A stretch of DNA of 53,394 nucleotides, filler included, from Sluysia triapertura (taxonomy: Eukaryota): NCBI GenBank assembly GCA_046118255.1. It is 2 parts of 2 records of this genome, joined end to end, with 100 filler letters (N's around TTAATTAATTAA, not from the genome) between each part and the next. Parts side by side here need not be neighbours in the genome. Positions count along the whole stretch, not along the records: positions 29,827 to 53,394 come from JBJNIA010201818.1; 1 more part is not named here. One strand, given 5' to 3'. Positions 36,640 to 48,734 of the stretch are shown piece after piece. Position numbers and translations under genes: made by a program. Every line of letters begins with the position of its first letter. The stretch's first letter is position 1. The notes under the pieces are model-generated. The model saw only the letters and a list, made by a program, of their open reading frames with translations, ran no database searches and had not been told where the DNA came from.

Positions 36640-37980
36640 AAAATAAACTCTCTGGCCCATTACTGCAATATTTGGAATTCGATAGCAAACTGCCAACACT
36701 TGAATATTTACTATGTTCAAGCACGTTCAGATTAAGAAGTGATCACTGTTGCACAATTCTGCAATTAAATATCCACAGAAATGACACAGAAATTATTTAT
36801 CCCATTTCAATTTCAATATTAAATATATTCTGGGACAAGAAAACATGGTCACGGGTGGCTCTATCGCGAGCAAGAATCAGCATTATGGATTTTCTACCAA
36901 TGTTTACTGCTCAGAACTTACAATCAATCCACCATCGGTCAAGAGAATTCTAAAGTAGTATAATACCAGTACTCTGTGACCACCAGATATTATAAATCTC
37001 AAGTATAGTACTAAAACTACTTCGTATAAAATCATAATACCCCCCATTCAGAAGCTAAATCCACATACGGCTATTAACACCCAAAGACATCAAACAAAGA
37101 TAAGCGTCATCGGATGTGCGTCTACTATTATGACTTTATTGACATGCGATAGTCACTGCAATTGCGCAAAGTTCCACCTTTCTTGAAGAAATGTGACTCA
37201 TGAAGATGAAGATTAGTGCACATTTGATTTTTTCTATATCAAGGAATTCGGGGCCTACAGGGAACGGAATTTTTATGAAAGTTCCTGTCGTCGGTATCTA
37301 GTTTTAATTTGGTGTAGATCGAATTGGTTATGCAATAAATTCGGAAATACCAGTTCCATGTTTGATAGAATATTTGTTACGTTGACTTGAAGCTGTATCT
37401 TAATATGGGACAATTGCTTGAAGCAAATGCTTAACGTTTTAGTAAGGTAGTTAACTAGAAACTTGTATGGGATAAAAATTCGGCCCCTTTTATAGGTTAA
37501 AAGGAATTTTCATACTTTATTGAATTGGACATTTTTGAACTTTGAATATTTTCTGAATATTGAGATTGGAAGTTCCTAAAAGAATTATCACAGATCATGG
37601 AGCTCAATTAGATTATTAACAACATACCACCCATTGTTATATTGTTATGATTGATATATTTTATTGATGCTCAATAACATCTCATACTTAATCTCAATTC
37701 AACATAATGGGATGGATGCATTATCATTAATTTTATTAGGCTGGCGTAATATAACACATTTCAAACGGATATTCACCAATCCAAATAGTTCCATTCCAAC
37801 AAGCCCAATGAGCTAATTAAAATCCCAGTACACAGAAGTTCTTATATTCGCATACAAAAACATTTCGGATCGGTAGAAATGGAAAATACATCTTCATTAA
37901 AACCAGCATACATTGCACCATACGAAGTTTTTCATATTAATACAGACAACAAAGTAGCTGCTATAAATATATAATAGTTA
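36640..37980 (+). mobile_element. Gypsy pol remnant (RNase H end to integrase)
   Basis: IKYILGQENMV..ALSR, VPKRIITDHGAQL, MDALSLILLGWRN and SLKPAYIAPYEV fragments. Confidence 0.75.
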
Positions 37981-38579
37981 TCTGGTGTAAACTAAAACTA
38001 ATAACAGTTCTAGTAAATCGTCAAAATGAGACACTGAAATGAAGTCTTTCAACAGTACTAAATAAATATGTTTTATTTAAGATCACGATATAAACTAGCA
38101 TTAAATTTCAATAATATTAAATTTATCGTGCTTCTCGCGTCTTCAAAGATGACGAATGCGGTGGCTTTGAACCAAACTTACAATTCTATTACAATTAACA
38201 AAATAAATAAACCATATTGTTTATATTGTCAATAATACTACTTGTTACAATCAATAAAACATCCAAAACCATTTGTCATTCTCTGAATTGTATATAAACC
38301 AAATATAAATTAATAATGTTAGACTGTCATAATAACTTAAAAGGTTTTAATTTTAAAACATTGCCTCTTATTTTATGCTTTGCTCATATTTTCATTTTAT
38401 CATATTTTAGTGAAGCGTTATTTTAATTATAGCATTATCAAAAGGAATAACAATTACATTTTAATTCTAAATTTAACGAATCTAAAAACACTTTAATTTG
38501 CTTTAAAATTGAAAATAATTTAAACACTAATATATTAACCAAAAACAAAGAATATGTTGGGACTTATACTAAAATGTCA

Positions 38580-39480
38580 AAAATATTCTTAATAATAATA
38601 ATAGAAATTCCCAAAAATATTTATTACAATAATAAGTCTTTTTTAATATTATGGATCAATGATAAAATCGAAAATAACAATTTAATATATTTTAAGCAAT
38701 CTACAAAATAATGCTTATATGAAAAATGAAATTATTAACAATTATCAAAAACAAATTTATATCTATAAGGACCATTAATATCAATTTGTGTATTTAATCC
38801 TAATCTAGTCATAACACAGGAATAAAATCTCTAAAAATGTCAATCTAAAATGATACATATTTACCTCAAAATTGGGTATCTCTTATGTAAATTAAATTAA
38901 TTCCCTAAAATAACAAATTTGGTTACAAAATTGGCTACAAATATACTTAACTTTTTTAAATTAAATATAGAATAAACTATAAAATGTTATGACAAAATAT
39001 ATAATATTAAAATTAATACTTATTTAAAATAAAAGTTTATTTTAAGTGGGTCAATAAAATATTCTTGATTAAAATTAATATTAACAAAAAAATTTAAAAA
39101 ACGTTACTTAAAACATGGATCTTCTTTTTATAATCACCTGTGAATGTTTTATTTTTTCTAAGAGTGTGTAATTTATACTTTTATTTTATTCAATCAAGAA
39201 TTACTCTTACACAAATCATCACAACATCTTTTAAAGATTAAACCGACTAAAACGAATTGACACATGGTAAAACTTGTCAAGCAAAGCATAACAATTCGAT
39301 TAACAATCAACTCTCATTTTTTCTTCTATTGTACTCGATCTACTTTTTCATGAATCACTTCTTACATTAAAATAACTATTATTATTATTGTCATACTTAA
39401 TAATAATTAATTTAACTTTAGTTTTTACAATTAAATTAAATTTCAATTCATCACACTAAATTTTTAATGGAAAATGTTCT
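38580..39480 (-). pseudogene. TIL-like/mini-exon module, copy D
   Basis: 39170-39480 is a close inverted copy of 35420-35720; MTIIIIVILM*...DC*SNCY; 30-nt exon 39137-39108 ending EDPCF then gtaac. Confidence 0.55.
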
Positions 39481-39774
39481 CATTCCCAACAAACAATTTC
39501 ACAAACATATCAAAATCATTTTAGGATTCTTCTATTTCATAGCAATCACTCAATACCCAACTCGTCATCTTTTCATCATTGTAAATATGAAAATTTAAGC
39601 ATTTTTTAAATTAAAATTTAATTAAAATTCGACTTTATTCAATATAGATGCTTTCCTCACATGAATTCAGTCAAACTTTATCTCCATCGAAAGGTCTCTT
39701 TAAAATACATATGCACAATTACACTTTTAACTCATTTAAAAGTTATTCATACAAACGTAATTTTCCTTAATTAA

Positions 39775-40611
39775 CTCTATCGCAGCCATTGAGGTCGAAA
39801 ACGACTGCATTCAGAAAATCAATGATTTCTGTACTTTGTAAGCGTTCTACTGCTGAATCAACAAATAAACCTAAACTAATAGCTGACTGTAACGTAAATA
39901 TGAGTGGAGTCTATCTTTGCGATCAATTGCTAATTTATTATGCCGTGAACCGAAAAACCACGAAATGGTGGAAGCGAGTGTTTTTTCGTTTAATGGATTT
40001 AGCACTTATAAATTATGTGGTCTTGATGACAAGTGTCATTCCAGAGAAGGATGAGGAAAGACAGTTTCATAAGAAATTTAGAATGGAATTGGCCCACCAG
40101 CTGGTACAGCCGTTGTTAGACGTTTACTCGCATTCTGAAGTTCGACGTTCCGATTCAAGATGGCAAGGGAAAACACTTTGCAGTTAGTCAAACTCTATGC
40201 CGTAGTTGTGTTGTGAGTACATATGATAAAACGCCTGCTTGAAAGTATAGAAAAACAAAAACCACAAACTATTGTACAAAGTGTTGTAGATACATTTGCC
40301 GATACGCTCAGATATCAAGTGAATAATGTGTATATAGCAGTTAAATTTTTGTGGCTGTATGTTTGTCTCTAATTTGTATGTTTTTGCAGGTTTTTTGACT
40401 ATGTAAAATGTTGGAAAATAATTTTATGTTTTTGTATTATTTTTAACTTTTGTGACTGAATTGTGTCTTTTGAACGACTTTATGCATATTCTGCTCAAAG
40501 AGATGAACAAATTGGTGTATCACTTGCCATGTGCTTCTTAATATGTTAGTCATTAGTAATCTATAAATTGGTTCACCCGAATTTAGCAAAAACAATCTGG
40601 CTGCCGTAGAG
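39775..40611 (+). mobile_element. Internally deleted piggyBac transposon
   Basis: TTAA on both sides; TIRs ctctatcgcagcca and tggctgccgtagag (12/14 match); transposase C-terminal part KPKLIADCNVNMSGVYLCDQ...KWWKRVFF plus Cys-rich tail remnant. Confidence 0.9.
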
Positions 40612-41859
40612 TTAAGTTAATTAAGATTTTAATTAATTAATTATTTTAACTTATTTTATTCTAAGTTTAAAGATTTTTATTATGAGTAAAAAGTTGTTAA
40701 ATACTTTGTAAGGTACTCAGGAGGCTCCAGGTATTTTCATCTTCACATGCTGATTCATTTTTCTACTTTTTTATTTCAATTAAAGCATTAAATTTATCTT
40801 TGTTATTATGAACCATGATTTTAATTCTTGAACATTTCAAAGGTTCCAAAAATTTTACAAGGTTAGTCGAATGTCTTAAAAGTTTAATAAGGCCTTAAAT
40901 GTCTTCAAAGATTCCGAAAGATCAACAAGGTCTCAAATGATCCCAAGGTTCAGAAGGTATCTTTACACTTCAAGACATCTTTTCAAACCTTACTTAAGTC
41001 TTCAATACCCTACAAGGGTATTTGGAACTCCAAGGTGTTCTTCAGTTTCAAAATGATTATAAACATTTTACTGTTCATTATTCTTGCTCTAGGAATATAT
41101 AATTATATTTATATTATCATATTTCAGATATTTTATATCTCTTTTCTTTACATTCATTTTAAATCTTTTGCCTTTTTATCTACTTTCTTACACTAAATGC
41201 ACAATATCAACAAATAAATATTTTTAAGAACTAGAATCAAAAATATACATAATAACGTACTCGAGTAAGTGGATGTTATATTTGACAAATAGTAGTTGAA
41301 TTCGTGCAGCGTTTTAATATAATCAAATCTTGGTGGTAGCAAGTCAGATTCAAAATTTCTAGTTATTGTTTAGTTAATTTCAGATCTAGTACGCATACTT
41401 TACCATAAATGATTATTAATGGATCAGATCTAAATTCATTACATTTTGACGGTGTTGGTTTAGGAGTTTCAGTTAAATTATGTAAAAATAATTTCATAAC
41501 AATGTTAGATGATGACGAAACATTAGAACACCCAATATCATTTACTAAAAATGATTCTGCTCCTTTCAATAAATGAAATAAAATTATAATTTTCATAATT
41601 CTCAAACATTTTAACTATCAGCATCATTTTTAGGATTTTGTATTTTTTAAAAATTTTTATGTATTTTATATTTCAGATACGTATCAAGAACATACTTGAT
41701 ATTTGAGAATAATTGAAACCAGTTAAATCCACTTCTTAATATTGTTAACGTCAAAAATATTTTTATCAATCACATTATTTTCACTAGCTAATGACGTTAA
41801 AGCCATTTTTATACTTCCAATGAAAGGTTATTACTGAATTTCAAAATAATTGCATATGT

Positions 41860-42745
41860 TATTAAATAATCACCAGATCCTGTAGTGTTCATAATTTGAT
41901 TGTTCTAAATAAAATTTTCCATCTTTTTGGGACAACAAAACAATACCCTTCGGGCCTAATTTAATGATCCATATTGAAATTTGTTTTAACAAATCAGAAT
42001 TTCTAAAGATTGTTTTGCCACAATATTAAATTTTATAGTGCAACATTTGAATTACTTTTCAAAATGCTCGAGATTATATCAATTATTTTTGATTATTTAC
42101 TTTTATTTTCTTCACATAATTTCTGTAATTTATTTATCACTAATATATCAGTTGGTTCATAGAGTTTATTACAATAATCAATTAATATTGCTAATATTTA
42201 ACGTTGACAGATTTTTATTTAAGTAATCAAAATCGATATATTTATGAATGTTCATCTCACTGATTTGTAGTAAATATATTGGTAAATATATTTATTTGGT
42301 AAATATATTGCGATAATTTCAAAGTTATCAATAATATTAACATATGACCAATTAATGTGAGAATTTTTATTTTTAATAAAATAATTTTTTAGATCTGCAC
42401 CTAATGAAATTAACAATGAACATTGGCATCTAAGTTTTATAATTACATCAGCTATATTTCTAGCAACACCGCCACAAATCTGTTTCATACTACAACTATA
42501 AGTACCTTCTACTTTGAGATTATTCAAATTAACTTCAGAATTTATTCAACAATCTATGTCAACTACAGTTCCACCAATTGCAATGTATTTATCTTGATTT
42601 GAAAAAGATTTTTTCCGCATTTTTCATATTAACGATTTAAAACGGAAAATTAACTTTATAATTTTGTACTTTATGCTTCACGGATATCATTTGTTCATTC
42701 TAATGTGGTAGTAATATTTGTATAAATTAAATGGTGTTTCATGTT
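41860..42745 (-). pseudogene. PfkB-family kinase pseudogene, pseudouridine kinase-like
   Basis: IAIGGTVVDID, CGGVARNIAD, ISLGAD, IIKLGPKGIVL and MNTTGSGD motifs broken by stops and frameshifts; upstream ETPFNL may be a glycosidase tail. Confidence 0.75.
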
Positions 42746-43753
42746 TAGAAAAATAAACAATTAACGAAACTTATTTAAATTTAAAAGTCAATATATTTTA
42801 TTAAATAATTCCATAACATTTCCAAGTGAGACGTCACATTCTATGGTGCCGTTATTATTGAACATGAACTGACTGGTATTTGACGAAGATTCTGATGCCT
42901 ATTGACTATTTAATTGGATTGATTATTAGGATAATAATATTAATCTGCTGGGTTGACTTAGAAGTTATCATGCATACATACATACAGGAAATAAACGAAC
43001 ATACATATATACCCGCATGCAAACAAGAAGAGAATGAAAAAGTAAGATAAAATAATTTTGACAATATTAAAATCATAGCGATAACAATTATGATGTTAAA
43101 ATTATAAGATAATTATGTAGCTTAATGTGATAATGTTGATATAATTACGAGAATATTACATTTTTGTGAAAATTATTATTGTGATAGAAGTTATGATAAC
43201 AATAAACATAATTAATGATAATTATATGCAATGACTATGTTTGTGTTTTGAATGAATCGAGTAATTTATTTAGTGTTTTGTTTATGTAAGAAATGTTCAT
43301 ATGTGATGAAATGTGTTTGTGATTTTGATGTGAAAATGCGGAGATCACTACAAATATCTGTATATTGGCTGAAATAATTTCATTTTATTGTATTAATATA
43401 AATATTCAAGTATTGATTATATTTTGGATTTGTGAACAATTAAAGTAAATTAATTTGTGATAGGATTTAGTTAAAAATTTTAAGGCTTAATCATAAACCC
43501 TAAGCAAATTACATATTATTCCATAAATTGAACAAGATGTGATAATTCAAGATAGATTTAAATCATTAAATTATTAAAAAAATTTGCGCAGAATTAAAAT
43601 TAAACCATAAATCTTAGATTAAGTAATTTATCAAATATAATTAGAAAGTAAAAAGTTAAATTATAAACTAAAATCGTTTTTTATAGATACAGGTACGCGT
43701 TCTCTATGTCGCATACTCTTTTACAGGCAAGAATTTCTTTTGCCGTAGGTTAA

Positions 43754-43907
43754 NNNNNNNNNNNNNNNNNNNNNNNNNNNNNNNNNNNNNNNNNNNNNNN
43801 NNNNNNNNNNNNNNNNNNNNNNNNNNNNNNNNNNNNNNNNNNNNNNNNNNNNNNNNNNNNNNNNNNNNNNNNNNNNNNNNNNNNNNNNNNNNNNNNNNNN
43901 NNNNNNN
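43754..43907. other. Assembly gap
   Basis: Run of N. Confidence 1.
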
Positions 43908-44039
43908 TCAGAATGCCAAGTTAATAATTTTAAAATAGCTTTGGAAACTAAATATAAGATTTTTAATAGGATATTAACCATTACATTGAAAAGATGTAGA
44001 AACTTATCAAAACGAACTTGTCAGAACTGATAATCTCAA

Positions 44040-44070
<31 letters not shown>

Positions 44071-44133
44071 AATATTAATATTAATACATTTTCGTGATTT
44101 ATTAACATAATATTAATTATATTTCTTATTTAG

Positions 44134-44410
44134 CAACAACCAACTGAGGTAAAATTTGTAATACGTAGATTAACAAATCTGTTTTTAATATTATATTATA
44201 TTTCTTTTTAGCAACAATTTAGTGAAGTAAAATTTATAATACTTATATTAAGAAATTCATAATTAATGCATTTTTCGTCTAAAGATAAGATATTATATAA
44301 AATTTCTTTTTTTAGCAACAATTTAGTGAGGTAAAGTTGATAATACTTACATTAAAAATATTGCAATTATTGTATAATATAATATTTATTTTCAGAAACA
44401 TTCCAGTGAG
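44134..44410 (+). CDS. Four 15-nt microexon candidates (44134-48, 44212-26, 44316-30, 44396-410)
   Basis: Each has a pyrimidine tract, AG, 15 nt and GTAAA; phase 0 gives QQPTE, QQFSE, QQFSE, KHSSE; introns 63, 89 and 65 nt. Confidence 0.7.
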
Positions 44411-45249
44411 GTAAAGTTGATAATATTCATATTATATTAACAATGATACTATCATTATCGAATTCTGATTATTATTATTATTAATTATTGGTATCTAATT
44501 TTTTCAAAAATTATAGCTTTATCTTTGTTATAATTTAAAAAATAATATTTGTTTTACTGCTTCAAATAATAAAAAATGGTTGACATAAAATTAATTACAA
44601 AATAGTGCAACGAAATATAAGGTTATATTTTAACAGCAATCATAACATCAATGAAATGGATAAAGCAGGTTTTAAAGTGAAGAAGAACACTAAATCAAGT
44701 CATCCATATGGAATGATACATATCAGATATATAATCATATTGTAAATGTTAGTTAAAGCACAGTTTTAAAATGTCGCATATGAATAATTTTAAATATTAC
44801 AAACTTTAGGTCCTTAAATTAGAAACGAATTATTATGATTTGGGGAATGAATAGTACAGAATTGTTGTTTTATTATAAAACAACAAAATAGAGTATTGAG
44901 GGTGTTTAGAAGATTCCACTAGATAATGCTTGTTGCAGTTTCTATAAAAGTCTATTGATAAATTTAAATTTCTTATCAGAACATTATCAAACAGTTTAAA
45001 ATAGTACTAAAAAGGTCAGCAGTGATTTTGAAATAAATGTTATTGACATTATTATTGCATTGAAATATGTACTTAGGCTAAAGCGAATGACTTAAGATCA
45101 GTAGGGATTTTAGTCAAGGATTTATTTATTTTCTTTACATCTATGCTTAATGTATAAGATGCATTGGCTTTTTTTGTAAAATTGTTTCTTTTTTATTTAG
45201 ATAAGACGCATTTCAATAAAAAATTTTATTTTACCATTTGTTTTAATAA

Positions 45250-45650
45250 TAATGACTGAAGAAACTCATATGCAGCCAAGAAAGAATTGGAAATAATAGA
45301 ATAAGCAGAGCTCAATGGAAATAGAGAAGAAGGTAGACATTAAGAGATAAATGAAGCTAATGCGAGGAGATGGAGGGCAAATAAATCGGTTTTGAGTGTT
45401 TATGATACAACAAAAAGAGCCAAGAAGAAAGAAAAATTCATATTTGCCCGAACTTGAGATTGAATTCAAAAATTGGGTTTTAAATCAACGGAAGGAAAAT
45501 ATAAAAGTTTCTGTTTTATCTACTAAATTTGAAGCCAAAAAAAATTTCTTATTTTTCAACTACTCGAGTATACGCCGTATCATAATTGTCTTTGATTTTT
45601 CCATTTTTTTATTTGTACAAGACGTGGCTTTTGTACAAGATTTTATGGTA
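45250..45650 (+). mobile_element. pogo/Tigger-like transposase remnant (CENP-B-type HTH)
   Basis: INEANARRWRANK and LPELEIEFKNWVLNQRKENIKVS; possible right end gattttatggta. Confidence 0.7.
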
Positions 45651-47226
45651 CCTGTATAAAGCTTATTTTCATTGATTTGATTCTTTATTGGAAAATGCAA
45701 TTAAGCTTATTGGAATGAAAAATACGTAAAATAATGTTTATAATGATATTAAAAGAGAGATGTCATTAGGAAATGAAGCTGAGTTAGGGTCTGTGTTTTT
45801 CTTTTTTCAAGTCACTTTACATATTTTTCATACTAATTATTGACCATCGGTATACTTGTACAATTTCACAATCTCATAAACGAATATGAAACTTATTTGA
45901 ATTTAAATACTCAAAATAAGCAATAAAAGAATAATCATCTATTAGTAATAAAAGCAAAGAATAAGAAAATCCAAAAGTAATGGTAGCAGATAGTGTTAAG
46001 AGTTTGTATTTATAATAAATTTAATCCCTAACTAAGCATTTACTATTTATTAAACAACTTACAATTTTAAAATGTTCTTTGCCAGTTACGAGTTTGTGTT
46101 TCTATTAAATGGTTCAGAATATATTAATGGCTTCGTATTTTAACCTCTTGACGGTTTTATCCGAACTGCACTCGGATGTGACATTTTTTCGTACACTGAC
46201 GATTGCGATGTATTTCAAAATATGTTACACTAAAACTACTTATTGATTAAATTTATGGTAATTAATAAATGTAGTCAAATAAAAATATAAAAAGTGACAA
46301 TTTTTTACGCCTTTTCTCAAAAAATCCAAATGTTATGTGGTTAAGACCTAAGAATAAAAATGGATTTTTTTGACACTTCGAAACGAAAATAAGTTCCAGA
46401 GGCAATTACTCGATCTTAAATTTGAAGACTACTACACACATTAGCTGCGTGTAAAAATCTTTTTTGAATATTTTCCATAAATGCTTTTCTTGTTGACAGT
46501 ATTTTGTTAATTATATTTGTAAATTAAGATATTGTTTTCATAATAAAGTTTTAAAATTCTCGCATTTCGCCATTTTCTGGAATCAGCCAATTTATTTTTG
46601 CAAAAATGAATATAAATAAGTGTAATTTGGGTTAAAAATACTTTTTTAAATTATAATGTATTATTTATTTTTATAAATAAATAATAGAAACCGCCACCTT
46701 TTTTCATAGTCCCGTTTTTGGCGGATGAGAGAGTAGTTACTATGTATTGTTTTAAATTAATTTTTGAATCTCTCAAATAGTTTCCACTTTACATTCATTT
46801 TAAATTCTTGCTTTTCATTTTAAAAATAAAATATCTAGCAAGATAAATGCTAGGTAATGCAGAAATTCTAGTATGATATTAATACATTAATGTAAGGTTG
46901 TATTATTGTCGCTATACCGCCGGACATGAATTTTGCACTTCGTAACATGCAAGTTTTATTGTACAATAATGTAAAAAAAAGTTTACATTATTTAAAATTC
47001 GTAAAATATTACCAGATGTATAAATAAATGTGCGAACATTTAAGTGTTAAAAAAGCAACAATTCGTGTTTTAATTTCTGATTTTCAACGTACAATCAAAA
47101 GGAAAGTCAGTTGTAACTTTGTTAGATGATATGTGTATGACTTTAAGTTTACTTTTAACATTCAATAATCAGTAGTGATGATGAATTATTATAGTGGAGA
47201 AAAAATTAATTGTATTCAATTGGTAG

Positions 47227-47733
47227 ATTTTCCCAACCCAAAGCAGTCATACTCCCAGTAAAACTTATCATTCAACAGCAGAAGGTGGTGGTTTTGAAAC
47301 TTCTGGAGATTTGAATGGAGAATCAACAGTATCACAAGGATATGGTACTTCAACTTATAGCCCATCAGCAGTGGGAATATCAACTACAGGACCGTCAACG
47401 AGAGAAACATCAAAGAATATTAAACCAAAAATAGGACCATCAAAAATGGGTATATCATCTATAGGAGCAACAATAACGAGTCAGTCAGATGTAATGATGA
47501 CAAAAGGAACACCATCAACGGTCATGTCAACAACAGAACCAACAACTGCAACTAAGTATACATCTGGCAGAGATACAACCACTGCATATACAACAGATAA
47601 ATCTGGAGCGTCTAGTACAGAATCATCAGATGATGATGAATATGGTAATGATGATGGTAATGATGATGATGATGAAGATGATGAAGAGTATGAGGATGAA
47701 AAGGATGATAGCCACAGTTCAAATGAAAGCCAG
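47227..47733 (+). CDS. Mucin-like Ser/Thr-rich exon with acidic tract, phase 0-0
   Basis: tag acceptor at 47224-26; 169 open codons IFPTQSS...DDDEDDEEYEDEKDD...ESQ; gttata donor. Confidence 0.75.
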
Positions 47734-48631
47734 GTTATATTTTAAAATCTAACGGAATACTTGTGGTTTTTCTTATTTTAAATTTTACGATAAGTGGTAG
47801 GCATACCTGTAACAACTTAACTTTAACAACTTTAACGTATAATTTACTATGTAGATTATATTAATTTATAATTTACTTTATATTACTTAGAGGATCTTAT
47901 TTCTTATGCACTAAGAATTCCTCAAATTACGTTTATTGAATTTATTCTGACAATCTTAGTATTTCTGTCCAAATTTATTAAATTTTTCACTTAAATTTTC
48001 TTTAATCAACAAAACAATTAAAAACTAACATTTAATAAAATCATAATAATCAAAGGTGCTAGACAAACATAAGAAATAAATATAAAATAAACAAACAATA
48101 GTATCTTACGATCAAAAATATTTAAAGTATTTAATCGAACTAAATTCAGATTTTATGAGGATTTTCAACCACTAATAAAAAATATTAATTACTTACTTTT
48201 ACTAGTAAGTAATTTAAATTTAAAATTTTAAAACTTCTTTTTTAAAATAATGTATTAAAATAAATTTATTTATTATCTATTCATATATTTGACAGTTTAT
48301 GCTGATTTGTATCAGTTTGTGTTCATATTCATTATTTAATTTCTATTTTATTAAAAGCATGTTTATTTCGTTATTATCGTTATTATCGTCCTACTTGCCA
48401 ATTAAATTTAATGAGTCTCTTTCTATGGTTTTGAATTTTCTTTGTTTTTAAAATGTTTCCTTAAAACTATTATGATATTCTTACAATTACTAAGGTATAT
48501 TAGATTTGTTTAATTTATATAATAATTAAAATAATTCATATTAATAATATAATAATAATAAAATAAAAATAATAATAGTAATTATTACTTTATCAAAATA
48601 TTTTATTTGAATTTATTATATTTCAATTTAG

Positions 48632-48734
48632 AGTGTTTTTAGTGAGGTAATTTTACTACTTTTATTTTATAATTTAATTTTGTTAATAATTTTCAGTTTT
48701 CATTTTATTTTTATTTTAGCCCGGTTTTGGAGAG
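48632..48734 (+). CDS. Two 15-nt microexon candidates (48632-46, 48720-34)
   Basis: tttag|agtgtttttagtgag|gtaatt (SVFSE) and ttttag|cccggttttggagag|gtacat (PGFGE); 73-nt intron. Confidence 0.65.

Noticed and set aside
41053-41128. MIINILLFIILALG as the signal-peptide exon of the mucin gene
   Set aside because: No GT donor and separated from the mucin exons by an antisense pseudogene and a gap
43687-43692. 6-nt microexon tatag|atacag|gtac
   Set aside because: Equally explained as a TA|CAGGT transposon end next to a gap
43721-43981. 86-aa ORF
   Set aside because: Runs through the N gap
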